Source: Acidimicrobiales bacterium
GTDB taxonomy: Bacteria > Actinomycetota > Acidimicrobiia > Acidimicrobiales > DATLDH01
Assembly: GCA_035526015.1 (NCBI GenBank)
Contig: DATLDH010000141.1
Span: 1 to 53,469 of the forward strand
Direction: 5' to 3'
Length of the DNA: 53,469 bases
The translations under genes were made by a program, and so were the position numbers. The notes under the pieces were generated by a model. The model did no database searches. It was not told where the DNA came from and worked only from the letters and a program-made list of their open reading frames with translations. Each line of letters begins with the position of its first letter. The first letter of the stretch is position 1. Below, piece by piece: positions 17,824-26,945 of the stretch.

Positions 17824-18303
17824 ATGTCCAATGGCAACAGCGTCACCCTGGTCGGCAACGTCACCCGCGATCCCGAGCTGCGGTTCACCCCGAGCGGGCA
17901 GGCGGTCGCCACCTTCGGCCTCGCCGTCAACCGCCGCTGGCAGAACCGCCAGACCCAGGAGTGGGAGGAGGCGGTGTCGTTCTTCGACGTCGTCTGCTGG
18001 GCCGAGATGGCCGAGAACGTGAGCGAGTCGCTGGGCAAGGGCTCGCGGGTCTTCGTGACGGGTCGGCTCGACCAGCGGTCCTTCGAGACCAAGGAGGGCG
18101 AGAAGCGCTCCAAGGTCGAGGTCGTGGCCGAAGAGGTCGGCCCCAGCCTGCGGTGGGCGACGGCGGAGATCAAGAAGAACGACCGCCGTGGCCCTGATGG
18201 CGGCCAGCAGGGCGGCGGCCAGGGCGTCGGGGGCGGACAGAGCAGCCGCCCGGCCGCCGCGCCGACCGGCGACAACTACGCCTATGACGAGGAGCCGTTC
18301 TAG
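17824..18303 (+). CDS. ssb: single-stranded DNA-binding protein
   Basis: ATG 17824 lies 1 nt after the rpsF stop. Contains MSNGNSVTLVGNVTRDPELRFTPSGQAVATFGLAVNRR..., a Gly-rich linker and the acidic tip DEEPF. Confidence 0.93.
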   Translation: MSNGNSVTLVGNVTRDPELRFTPSGQAVATFGLAVNRRWQNRQTQEWEEAVSFFDVVCWAEMAENVSESLGKGSRVFVTGRLDQRSFETKEGEKRSKVEVVAEEVGPSLRWATAEIKKNDRRGPDGGQQGGGQGVGGGQSSRPAAAPTGDNYAYDEEPF

Positions 18304-18828
18304 ATGGCACGCGGCAACGATCGCGACCGGAAGCGGTCGCCCAAGGACCTGCGCGACCGCCGGGGCAAGAAGAAGGTCTGCATCTTCTGCAAGGACCACC
18401 TTCCCTGGGTCGACTACAAGGACGTCAACCTCCTGCGCCGCTTCATGAGCGACCGCGGCAAGATCCGCGCCCGTCGGGTGTCGGGCAACTGCACCCAGCA
18501 CCAGCGTGAGGTGGCGGTCGCCATCAAGACCGCCCGTGAGCTGGCGCTGCTCCCCTACACCCAGCGCACGGTGACCGAGCGCACCGGCGGGCGAGGTGGG
18601 CCGCGCGGCCCGCGTGGTGCGCCGGCCAACGTCGAGGCCCGTGCCGTCGTCGACCCGGTCGACGCCGAGCTGGCCGAGGTGCAGGCCGAGTTCTCCGGTG
18701 ACAGCGAGGACAGGGTCGCGGGTGCCGATCCGGCCGACCTCTCCGTCGGCGAGGACACGGGCGAGGACACCGTCGTGGAGACGGCGACGGCTGATGCCGG
18801 CGCCGGTGACGCGGAGGGCGACGAGTGA
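18304..18828 (+). CDS. rpsR: 30S ribosomal protein S18 with an ~84-aa acidic C-terminal extension
   Basis: The S18 core is [64 protein letters not shown] (residues ~22-85). The ORF continues to 174 aa with high GC3. Its stop overlaps the rplI GTG. Confidence 0.9.
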   Translation: MARGNDRDRKRSPKDLRDRRGKKKVCIFCKDHLPWVDYKDVNLLRRFMSDRGKIRARRVSGNCTQHQREVAVAIKTARELALLPYTQRTVTERTGGRGGPRGPRGAPANVEARAVVDPVDAELAEVQAEFSGDSEDRVAGADPADLSVGEDTGEDTVVETATADAGAGDAEGDE

Positions 18829-19274
18829 AGATCGTCCTGCGCACCGACGTCGACGACCTCGGCAAGAAGGGCGATATCCTCGACGTCGCCGACGGGTTCG
18901 CGCGCAACTACCTCATCCCCAAGGGCCATGCCATCAAGGCGACCAAGGGCGTGGAGGTGCAGGCCCAGGCCATGCGGCGCTCCCGCGACCTCGCCGACGC
19001 CAAGGACCGGGAAGGCGCCGAGGTCGTGGCCCGCACCCTGGTGCCCCAGGTCATCCGCATCACCGCCCGCGCCGGGACCGAGGGCCGTCTGTTCGGCTCT
19101 GTCACCACCGCCGACGTGGTCGATGCGGTGACGGCCCAGACCGGTGTGGCCCTCGACCGCCGCAAGGTCCACCTCGACGAGCCCATCAAGAGCGTGGGCA
19201 CCCACGAGGTGCCCGTGAAGCTGCACCCCGAGGTGCAGTTCCGCATCACCGTCGAGGTCGCCGGCGGCGCGTAG
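18825..19274 (+). CDS. rplI: 50S ribosomal protein L9
   Basis: [36 protein letters not shown] is the canonical L9 N terminus. Confidence 0.93.
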   Translation: MKIVLRTDVDDLGKKGDILDVADGFARNYLIPKGHAIKATKGVEVQAQAMRRSRDLADAKDREGAEVVARTLVPQVIRITARAGTEGRLFGSVTTADVVDAVTAQTGVALDRRKVHLDEPIKSVGTHEVPVKLHPEVQFRITVEVAGGA

Positions 19275-19309
19275 GGCATTCCTGTCACACCGCCTCTTCA
19301 AGATGGGGG

Positions 19310-19366
19310 TGTGGAGAAACAGCCGGGTTGTCCCCAGCGACATACAGAGGTTGTCCCTCTAGCGAC
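19310..19366. repeat. DnaA-box-like motifs and a direct repeat GGTTGTCCC-N-AGCGAC x2 upstream of dnaB
   Basis: TGTGGAGAA at 19310-19318 is the reverse complement of TTCTCCACA. TTGTCCCCA is at 19328-19336 and TTGTCCCTC at 19351-19359. The repeat units are GGTTGTCCCCAGCGAC (19326-19341) and GGTTGTCCCTCTAGCGAC (19349-19366). Confidence 0.3.
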
Positions 19367-19377
19367 CCACAGGGTCG

Positions 19378-20763
19378 ATGGGCGAGGGTGACGGCCTCAT
19401 GGTGCAATCCCTCGAAGAAGCCCGCCGACGGACCGCGTCCACCGGTCGGGTCCCCCCGCACAACCTGGAGGCCGAGGAGTCACTCCTCGGCGCCATGCTC
19501 CTGTCCAAGGACGCCATCGCGGCCGCGGTGGAGACCTGCGGGGCCGACGACTTCTACAAGCCGGCCCACGGCCATGTCTTCGACGCCATCACCTCGCTGT
19601 ACTCCAAGGGCCAGCCCGTCGACATCGTCACCGTCGCCGACGAGCTGGGTCGGGCCGGCATGCTCGAGTCCATCGGGGGCGCCCCGGGCATCATGATGCT
19701 GCAGGGCCGCACGCCGGCCTCCAGCAACGCCGCCCACTACGCCCGCATCATCGAGGAGCACTCGTTGCTCCGCCGCCTCATCGGAGTGGCGGGGGAGATC
19801 GCCGAGCTCGGCTACCAGGTGCCCGACGACGTCACCGCCGCGGTCGACCGGGCCGAGTCGATGGTGTTCCAGGTCGCCCAGCGTCGGGTGGCCGACTCCA
19901 TGAAGCCGTTGCGCGATCTGCTTGGCGAGAGCCTGGATCGGCTCGAGGCGTTGTACGGCCGGGGCGAGGCCGTCACGGGGGTCCCCACCGGGTTCACCGA
20001 CCTCGACGAGGTGACGGCGGGGCTCCAGCCCTCCAACCTCGTCGTGGTCGGTGCCCGTCCCGCCATGGGCAAGACGGCCTTCGCTCTCGGCATCGCCGCC
20101 CACGCCGCGGTGGAGGCCAACGTGCCGGTGGCGTTCTTCTCCCTGGAGATGAGCCACCTCGAGATCGCCCAGCGCCTGCTGTCGGCGGAGTCGCGCGTGG
20201 AGTCGAGCCGCATGCGCAACGGCCGCCTGCTCGAGTCCGACTGGTCCAAGATCAGCCACGCCATCGGTCGCCTCGGCGAGGCACCCATCTACATCGACGA
20301 CAACCCCAACCTGACGGTGATGGACATCCGGGCCAAGGCGCGTCGCCTCAAGAGTCGCGAGGCCGGGCTCGGCCTCGTCGTCGTCGACTACCTCCAGCTG
20401 ATGTCGGGCCGGGCGAGCGCCGAGAGCCGCCAGGTCGAGATCTCCGAGATCAGCCGGAACCTCAAGATTCTCGCCCGCGAGCTGAACATCCCCGTCATCG
20501 CCCTGTCGCAGCTGTCGAGGAACCTCGAGATGCGGGCCGACAAGCGCCCCGTGCTGGCCGACCTGCGCGAGTCGGGCGCCATCGAGCAGGACGCCGACGT
20601 GGTGATGTTCATCTACCGTGACGAGGTGTACAACACCGACTCACCCGACCGGGGCACGGCCGAGGTGATCGTGGCCAAGCACCGCAACGGGCCCATCGGC
20701 AAGGTCACCCTCGCCTTCCTCGACCACTACACCCGCTTCCACAACATCGCCCGCGGCGTGTAG
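19378..20763 (+). CDS. dnaB: replicative DNA helicase DnaB
   Basis: 461 aa. Contains PPHNLEAEESLLGAML and the Walker A GARPAMGKTAF. No intein insertion. An alternative start is ATG 19399. Confidence 0.93.
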   Translation: MGEGDGLMVQSLEEARRRTASTGRVPPHNLEAEESLLGAMLLSKDAIAAAVETCGADDFYKPAHGHVFDAITSLYSKGQPVDIVTVADELGRAGMLESIGGAPGIMMLQGRTPASSNAAHYARIIEEHSLLRRLIGVAGEIAELGYQVPDDVTAAVDRAESMVFQVAQRRVADSMKPLRDLLGESLDRLEALYGRGEAVTGVPTGFTDLDEVTAGLQPSNLVVVGARPAMGKTAFALGIAAHAAVEANVPVAFFSLEMSHLEIAQRLLSAESRVESSRMRNGRLLESDWSKISHAIGRLGEAPIYIDDNPNLTVMDIRAKARRLKSREAGLGLVVVDYLQLMSGRASAESRQVEISEISRNLKILARELNIPVIALSQLSRNLEMRADKRPVLADLRESGAIEQDADVVMFIYRDEVYNTDSPDRGTAEVIVAKHRNGPIGKVTLAFLDHYTRFHNIARGV

Positions 20764-21603
20764 GTGGCGGTCACCGCCGGCTGCATCGTCCTGCTGCTGG
20801 TCGGGCTGGTGGTTTCGGCACGGTGGGGCGGTCGGGCGACGCAGCCCGACACCGATGCTTCCGAGCCCGACCCGGCTCCGCGGGCGGTAGCCCAGTGTTA
20901 CCTCGACGGGCTGACCGTCGCCGTGGCCTCCGGCGTCGGCGCGGGGATCCTCGTCGCCGGCGCCGGGGGACGACTGGTCATGCGCCTGCTGGCCGTCACC
21001 GCCGGCCCCGGCGCGCAGGGTGTCGAGACCGAGGCCGAGCAGATCGTCGGCAAGATCACCCTGGACGGCACGATCGGCTTCGTCGTCTTCACCGGACTGT
21101 TCTTCGGCCTCGCCACCGGTGGTGTCTACGCCCTGATTCGCCGGTGGCTACCGGGCGGCTGGTGGCGCGGCATCGCGTTCGGGGCACTGCTCCTCGTCGT
21201 GGTCGCGACCCGCGCCGACCCCTTGCGCGCCGACAATCCCGACTTCGACATCGTCGGGCCCGGCCTGGTCGCCGTGGTCGCCTTCATCGCCCTCGGTCTG
21301 GCCCACGGCGTCACCGTGACGGCCCTGGCCGAGCGTTATCGGGGGGTGGTCGCACTTCCACGGGAGGGGTGGCGGCGCGCGGTGCCCTACCTCCCGTTGC
21401 TCCTGATGCTGCCGGTGTTCCCCGTCGCCGTGTTCCTCCTGCTCCTCGGCCTCGTCGTGGTGGGACTGAGCCAGAGCGAGACCCTGGTGCGCGGTGTACG
21501 CCACCCGCGTTTCCGGCGCGTCGGTCAGGTGGTGACCGCCCTGGTCGCCGCCGTCTGCCTCCCCGGCTTCGTGATCGACGTGGCCGACATCCTCACTCGT
21601 TGA
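20764..21603 (+). CDS. integral membrane protein, unknown function
   Basis: 279 aa. GTG lies directly after the dnaB stop. Multiple hydrophobic spans and high GC3. No recognisable motif. Confidence 0.55.
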   Translation: MAVTAGCIVLLLVGLVVSARWGGRATQPDTDASEPDPAPRAVAQCYLDGLTVAVASGVGAGILVAGAGGRLVMRLLAVTAGPGAQGVETEAEQIVGKITLDGTIGFVVFTGLFFGLATGGVYALIRRWLPGGWWRGIAFGALLLVVVATRADPLRADNPDFDIVGPGLVAVVAFIALGLAHGVTVTALAERYRGVVALPREGWRRAVPYLPLLLMLPVFPVAVFLLLLGLVVVGLSQSETLVRGVRHPRFRRVGQVVTALVAAVCLPGFVIDVADILTR

Positions 21604-22090
21604 GCAGCGTGCCCCGGGCCTCGATGTGGACGACGTCGTCGTCGGTAGTGTCGCCGAAGTCGAGCTCGTACCAACCGCCACGGTCGATGCGCGGCGGATC
21701 CTCGAGGCCGTGCCGGGCGACCAGAGCGGCGACCGTGATCGGAATGGCATCGCCGTGTGAGCACACGGCGACGACCTCCTGCGGCGGGTGCCGATCACGG
21801 CAGTGGGAGAGCACCGAGAACATGCGGGCCGCCACGTCGCCGAACGACTCGCCGGGCTGGTGCTCGCGCAGCTCGTCGAGAGTCACCAGCTCGATGCCGG
21901 AGACGACGAGCGGCGCCACCGTCTCGAGGCACCGCCGGGCCGGACTGCTGTAGGCGGCGTCCACCGCGCCGAGCACCCTTGCGATGGCCATGGCCTGGTC
22001 GCGGCCGATGTCGGAGAGCGGTCGGAGGTCGTCGTCGCCGACCCAGCCGGGTCGGTCGGCGGCCTGCGTGTGGGGGATGAGGTGGATCAC
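21593..22090 (-). CDS. histidine phosphatase superfamily (SixA/PGM-like) protein with a non-canonical first motif
   Basis: GTG at 22090 gives [13 protein letters not shown]...[11 protein letters not shown]...[10 protein letters not shown]...CSHGDAI. The usual RHG is PHT here. The start overlaps the stop of the upstream hydrolase (GTGA). Confidence 0.7.
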   Translation of the reverse strand: MIHLIPHTQAADRPGWVGDDDLRPLSDIGRDQAMAIARVLGAVDAAYSSPARRCLETVAPLVVSGIELVTLDELREHQPGESFGDVAARMFSVLSHCRDRHPPQEVVAVCSHGDAIPITVAALVARHGLEDPPRIDRGGWYELDFGDTTDDDVVHIEARGTLLNE

Positions 22091-23274
22091 GGCAGGCGCG
22101 CCCGCAGCCACTCGACCACGAGGTCGATGGCGGCGCGCCGGTGACCCTGCAGATAGTGGGGAGCGCCGGCGAGCTCGACGTAGGTGGTGTCGTCGGCGGC
22201 CGACGCGTCGAGATACCCACGCGCCTGGTGCAATCGGATCTCGGTGTCGGCGGTCGGGTGCACGACCAGGGTCGGCACCGTCACCCGCCGGAGCGCCTCG
22301 GCCAGGCCGGCACCCGACGACGTGCCCGACCAGGTCGAGAGCCACGCGCGCGCCGTGAGGGTGCGGGCCAGGCCGCCGTACCCGTAGTTGGCGTCCAGCG
22401 GGTCGGGGAAGGCGAAGATGCTGCCGAGGGGCCGATCGTCGGGGTCGATGCCGGGGTCGAGGTGGGCCGGGTCGGCGAGCGTGCGGTAGGTCGTGAGATA
22501 TCGCGCGTGCACGGCGCGGCGCCGGTGGGCGTTCCACTCCGGCGACCCGGCGGTGGCGGCCCGCGCCGCCCGACGATGCGCGGCCTGCTCCTCCAGTGAC
22601 TCCTTGGCCACGGCGTCGATGCGCGCCACGCGTGCGCGTTGGGCGGCCCGGTAGGCCCCGACCCACGTCGGGTCGTAAATACTGGGCTCGGGCCACGGCC
22701 GCCACCCGTTGGCCGGGTCGAACATGTCGAGGGTGGGGTCGACCGAGAGCGCATCTGCCTCGTCGGTCACCGACGGGTCGATCACCTGCAGGAGGAAGAT
22801 CCCCTCCCCGGGATGGGCGGCCAGGGCGACGAACGCGTCGCCGAGGTGCGGCCCCTCCCCGTCGTCACCGGCCCGGTGCGCATGGGCCATGGCCATCAGC
22901 GCGCCGCCCCCGCTGTTACCCAGGAGGGCCACGGCCTGGGCGCCGCGGCGCCGCAGCTCGCCCACGCCGGCGATGACGTCGGCGACGGCCGTCTCGTGCA
23001 CGCAGTCGGTGTCGTTGTTGAGGTACCGCGTGTTGAAGCCGAACACCCCGTAGCCGGCCGCGGCCAGCAGTGGCGCGGCGTAGTGCACGGAGAAGTCGCC
23101 ACGGGGATGGGTGAGGGCGACACCGGTGCGCCAGGGCGCGCCGTGCGGCGGCGTCCACAACGTGCCGCGCACGATGGCGCCGTCGCCGGTGACGACCGTG
23201 ACCGGCTCCCGCCCGGGTGCCGTCCCTGGCTCGTCGTCGGGGTCGGGCCAGTACCCCAGCCACGGGCGCGCCAT
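22087..23274 (-). CDS. alpha/beta hydrolase fold protein
   Basis: ATG 23274 gives [14 protein letters not shown]... The nucleophile elbow is LLGNSGGG, with a late VVHPTADTE...PHY segment. The upstream part of ORF 22087..23463 is Arg-rich and non-coding-like. Confidence 0.75.
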   Translation of the reverse strand: MARPWLGYWPDPDDEPGTAPGREPVTVVTGDGAIVRGTLWTPPHGAPWRTGVALTHPRGDFSVHYAAPLLAAAGYGVFGFNTRYLNNDTDCVHETAVADVIAGVGELRRRGAQAVALLGNSGGGALMAMAHAHRAGDDGEGPHLGDAFVALAAHPGEGIFLLQVIDPSVTDEADALSVDPTLDMFDPANGWRPWPEPSIYDPTWVGAYRAAQRARVARIDAVAKESLEEQAAHRRAARAATAGSPEWNAHRRRAVHARYLTTYRTLADPAHLDPGIDPDDRPLGSIFAFPDPLDANYGYGGLARTLTARAWLSTWSGTSSGAGLAEALRRVTVPTLVVHPTADTEIRLHQARGYLDASAADDTTYVELAGAPHYLQGHRRAAIDLVVEWLRARLP

Positions 23275-23297
23275 CACGGCGACCCTACGCTCAGGGG

Positions 23298-24182
23298 GTG
23301 AGGAAGTGGTACCTGACCCTGGCCGTGGTGTGCACCGGCTGGGGCACCATCCCGCTGATCGTCCGCACCGTCGAGCTCCCCGCGGTCGCCATCGTCTTCG
23401 TCCGGCTGGCCGTCGCCGCCGTCGCCCTCGCCATCGGCGTGGCCGTCGCCGAGCGGCGCGCACCCCGGGCCCGACCCCGGTTGCTCTCGGTCCATCCGGC
23501 GCGCTGCGTCGCCGTCGCCGTCGTGCTCGGCGTGCACTGGCTCACGCTCTTCTCGGCGTTCAAGCGGGCACCCGCCGGCACCGTCATCCTCATCGTCTAC
23601 CTGGCGCCGGTCGGCGTGGCGGCCCTGGCCCCGACGGTGCTGGGCGAGCGCCACGGACGGCGCACCTTGCTCGCCCTCGCCCTGGCCGCCGCCGGCTTCC
23701 TGCTCATCGCCGGCCCCGCCGCCGACCTCGTGGCCGGCGGCGGGCTCGTCTTCGCCGTGGTGGCCACCGTCTTCTTCGTCGCCCTCGTGCTGCTGTCGAA
23801 GCCGTTGTCGGAGACCTACGGCGGTCTGCGGCTGGCGTTCATGGAGATGGCCGGTGCCGCGGTGGTGGTGGCGCCGTTCGCATTCGCATCGGACTGGGGA
23901 AGCCCGCGCGTCACGTGGTGGTGGCTCGTCGTCCTCGCCCTCGTGCACACCGCCCTCGGGGTCGGCGTCTATCTGGCCGCGCTCGCCGTCGTCCCCGCCA
24001 CCCACGTCGGCATCCTCGGCTACCTCGAGCCGGTCAGCGTGGTGGCGTGCGCCTGGCTCTTCCTCGACGAGTCGCCGGCGGTGGCGACGCTGGTGGGCGG
24101 CACCCTCGTGGTGGCGGCCGGGGTGCTGGTGGTGGCAGGTTCAGGGGCCGACGACCCGGAGGTGGCGCGTGTTTCTCGGTGA
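23298..24182 (+). CDS. EamA/DMT family transporter
   Basis: GTG 23298 gives [22 protein letters not shown]... About ten hydrophobic spans in the two-EamA-repeat pattern. Confidence 0.8.
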   Translation: MRKWYLTLAVVCTGWGTIPLIVRTVELPAVAIVFVRLAVAAVALAIGVAVAERRAPRARPRLLSVHPARCVAVAVVLGVHWLTLFSAFKRAPAGTVILIVYLAPVGVAALAPTVLGERHGRRTLLALALAAAGFLLIAGPAADLVAGGGLVFAVVATVFFVALVLLSKPLSETYGGLRLAFMEMAGAAVVVAPFAFASDWGSPRVTWWWLVVLALVHTALGVGVYLAALAVVPATHVGILGYLEPVSVVACAWLFLDESPAVATLVGGTLVVAAGVLVVAGSGADDPEVARVSR

Positions 24183-24372
24183 GGACCTCCTCCCGCTGCT
24201 GGTGCTGGCGCTGGGCGGCGCCATGCTCGTGGGCAACGGCGCGGCGTGGCTGCGGCCGCGCGCCGAGGTGAAGGAAGGCGAGCTGGAGCGGCCGCCGACC
24301 GGCCGCACGGTGGTCATGATGACCGTCGGTCTCCTCGCGTCGCTGTGGGCCCTGGCCAGCCTCCTCAGCTGA
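24169..24372 (+). CDS. small two-TM membrane protein (67 aa)
   Basis: GTG 24169 within ORF 23854..24372 gives [27 protein letters not shown]...VVMMTVGLLASLWALASLLS. Overlaps the EamA end by 14 nt. Supported only by hydrophobicity and GC3. Confidence 0.35.
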   Translation: MFLGEDLLPLLVLALGGAMLVGNGAAWLRPRAEVKEGELERPPTGRTVVMMTVGLLASLWALASLLS

Positions 24373-24413
24373 CTTCGCGGTCGGCCCACCCATGCTGTGG
24401 TTGACTCGAATTC

Positions 24414-25304
24414 ATGACTCCGTTCACCCGATCCCGCGTGCTGCTGGCCGTCGTCCTGAGCCTCCTCCTGCTGGTCGGAGCCTGCGGCAAGGACGACCCG
24501 ACGACCGAGGCGGGGCCCGATGACAGCGCGCCGGCCGCCGATCGGGCCGCGGTGGAGAAGGCGGTTCGTGACTCGCTGAAGGCGGAGAATGCCAAGGACG
24601 CCAAGGCCTTCCTCGCCCTTTGGACCGACAAGGGCCTCGAGTCCTACGACGTCGGCAGCCGTGCCGATCTGGAGGCGGGCAAGGCCGAGGGCTTCGGCGA
24701 GGAGCCCATCGAGCTGCTGAAGTTCACCAAGACCGAGGTGACGGGGACCACGGCGAGGACCACCGCCCAAGCCATGCGTGAGGAGAACCAGGTCGCCAAG
24801 CCGCTCTTCCAGGCCACGTTCAGCCTGCTGAAGAAGGGCGAGCAGTGGCTGCTCGACGGCTTCGAGTACCAGGGCGGACCGCCGCCGTCGCGCGGCGAGC
24901 AGGTCGTGGCCGTCAAGGCCCAGGAGTACGGCTTCGCCATGGAGACCGAGCTGCCCGGCAACGTGGCCTTCACCTTCACCAACGCCGGCAAGGAGCAGCA
25001 CGAGATGACCCTGTTCAAGGCGCCCGGCCCGGTGAGCATCGGCGACGCCAAGAAGGCGCTGGAGAACGTCGACGGCTCCGGCGAGATGGTGGACGACCTG
25101 CCCGCCGGGTACGCGGCCGACCACATCACCTTCGCCGAGGCCGGGCAGACCCAGAACGTCACCTTCGCCGAACCCCTCGCCGCCGGCACCTACGTCGTGG
25201 CGTGCTACATCCCCCAGGGGGGCTTCGGTGAGAACGGCCCGGTCGATCCCGACGGCAAGCCGCACATCCAGCTCGGGATGATCAACGTCCTCACAGTGAC
25301 GTAG
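24414..25304 (+). CDS. lipoprotein with an NTF2/SnoaL-like N-terminal half and a possible cupredoxin-like C-terminal half
   Basis: Lipobox LLLVGAC. The C-terminal half has a beta-rich pattern with H (EQHEM), C (VVACYIP), H and M (PHIQLGM) arranged like type-1 copper ligands, but with a long Cys-His loop. Confidence 0.7.
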   Translation: MTPFTRSRVLLAVVLSLLLLVGACGKDDPTTEAGPDDSAPAADRAAVEKAVRDSLKAENAKDAKAFLALWTDKGLESYDVGSRADLEAGKAEGFGEEPIELLKFTKTEVTGTTARTTAQAMREENQVAKPLFQATFSLLKKGEQWLLDGFEYQGGPPPSRGEQVVAVKAQEYGFAMETELPGNVAFTFTNAGKEQHEMTLFKAPGPVSIGDAKKALENVDGSGEMVDDLPAGYAADHITFAEAGQTQNVTFAEPLAAGTYVVACYIPQGGFGENGPVDPDGKPHIQLGMINVLTVT

Positions 25305-25872
25305 CGGCCAGGCGCACCAGCTCCAGGCGCCCGCCGTCGGCCCGCACATGGGTGACGGCGCAGAAGTCCATGGCCAGGTAGTCCGGGTTGTGCTCGGCCA
25401 GGTCGGCGGCAGCGAGCACGGTCAGCAGGAAGTCGACGATCACCCCGCCGTGGGTGACGCCGACGACGGCGGCGTCCGGGTACCGCCTCGCCTGGTCGAC
25501 GACGAAGGCGGCGAGGCGCTCGCCGGCCTGGCGGGCGGAGATGCCTCCCGGCGGGATGTAGTCGCGGTCCTGGGCGCAGCGCTGCCAACTCTTGACGAAC
25601 TCCTCGAAGCTCTGGCCCAGCACGTCGCCCCAGTTGGCCCGCTCGCGCAGGCGGCCGTCGTCGACGACGGGGAGCCCGAGCTGTCGGCCCACGACCTCGG
25701 CCGTCTCCCGGGCCCGCTTGAGCGGCGAGGAGTACAGGGCCACCGGCTCGACCGGCGCCAGCAGCTCGGCCACGCCCCGCGCCTTGGTGCGCCCGCGGGC
25801 CGAGATACCCGGGTCACCGGGCCCGGCGTCGGCCTTCTCGCCGTGACGCACGAGGAAGACGTCGGTCGGCAC
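25291..25872 (-). CDS. histidine phosphatase family protein (phosphoglycerate mutase-like)
   Basis: MPTDVFLVRHGEKA... carries the canonical RHG. Also contains SSPLKRARETAE and VTHGGVI. Confidence 0.85.
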   Translation of the reverse strand: MPTDVFLVRHGEKADAGPGDPGISARGRTKARGVAELLAPVEPVALYSSPLKRARETAEVVGRQLGLPVVDDGRLRERANWGDVLGQSFEEFVKSWQRCAQDRDYIPPGGISARQAGERLAAFVVDQARRYPDAAVVGVTHGGVIVDFLLTVLAAADLAEHNPDYLAMDFCAVTHVRADGGRLELVRLAATSL

Positions 25873-25888
25873 GGCCCCATCGTGGCCG

Positions 25889-26944
25889 GTGGCGGCGTCC
25901 TACGCTCGCGACGTGACACTCACCGTGCTCGACCAGGGCCGCGTCACGGTGGTCGACGGGTCGGTGGGCGGCGGCCGCGTGATGGTCGACGACGTCTCGT
26001 TGACGCGGGCCACGGGCTTCGTGCGCAAGCCCGAGGGGTTGTGTCGGGGCGAGGTCTGCATCCCCGTGCGGCCGGGGTCGGGCCTCGACGACAACGCCGT
26101 CGACCTCGTCGCCGTGGCTTCTGTGCTGGGTCGGCCCATCGCCGTCGACGAGGATGCCGGCGCCGTCTACCTCGGGCCGGCCGCCACCGAGCGCGCCGCC
26201 GTCCTGCGGTCGGGTCGGGCCCCCGACTTCACGCTGCCCGACCTCGACGGGCGCCTGCACTCTCTGTCGGACCTGCTCGGCCGCAAGGTCGTCCTCGCCG
26301 TCTACGGCTCGTGGTGAGGGTGCGTCGACGACCTGCCGGTCTGGCAGGCTTTGCACGCTGAGCTCGAGCACCTCGGGTTCTCCATCGTCACCGTCGCGCT
26401 CGAGAAGGATCCCGAAGACGTCAGGCCCTTCATCGAGCGGGCGGCGCCCACCCATCCGAGCCTCATCGACACCGACTGGGTGGTCGCCGATCTGTACAAC
26501 GCGGTGAACGTCCCCAGCGTGGTGTGGATCGACGAGGAGGGCCGGATCGTGCGGCCCAACGACGCCGTGTTCGTCACCGGGACGTGGACGCGGGCTCACG
26601 GCGTCGACCACGAGCGTCACCTCCGGCGCATCCGCCGCTGGGCGACGACCGGCGAGGGTGCCATGACCGCCGAGGAGGCGGCCCGCCGCCAGCCCGTGCC
26701 CGACGCCGACCACCAGCAGGCGCGCGCCGAGTTCGGCCTGGCCCAGTGGCTGGCCCGCAACGGCCACGCCGACCGCGCCGAGGCCCACTTCGCGCGCGCC
26801 GGCGAGCTGGCGCCCCACGACTTCACCATCCGCCGCGGCTCGCTGCCCATCCGCGGCATCGACTCCCGTGGCGACGAGTTCCGCGAGATGGTCGTCGACT
26901 GGGTGGGGAAGGGCAACCCCTACTACGAGCTCCTGGAGGACTGA
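25889..26944 (+). CDS. thioredoxin-fold (ResA/TlpA-like redoxin) protein with an in-frame TGA at the active-site position; candidate selenoprotein, alternatively a nonsense pseudogene
   Basis: ORFs 25889..26317 and 26351..26944 share one frame. Read-through gives ...APDFTLPDLDGRLHSLSDLLGRKVVLAVYGSW-TGA-GCVDDLPVWQALHAELEHLGFSIVTVALEKDPEDV...VPSVVWIDEEGRIV. A SECIS-like hairpin follows the TGA. Confidence 0.55.
26322..26358 (+). promoter_or_regulatory. SECIS-like stem-loop immediately 3' of TGA 26315-26317
   Basis: The apical stem CCTGCC (26332-26337) pairs with GGCAGG (26343-26348) around the loop GGTCT (26338-26342). The lower stem GCGT (26322-26325) pairs with ACGC (26355-26358), with an imperfect middle section. 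The loop starts 21 nt after the TGA. Confidence 0.45.
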
Positions 26945-26945
26945 C

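Noticed and set aside
25889-26944. Reading 25889..26317 and 26351..26944 as two independent ordinary genes
   Set aside because: The first product would end one residue before the redox motif. The second would start (TTG) in the middle of a thioredoxin fold. Both are in one frame with only the TGA between them. Read-through (Sec) or a pseudogene explains the data better.
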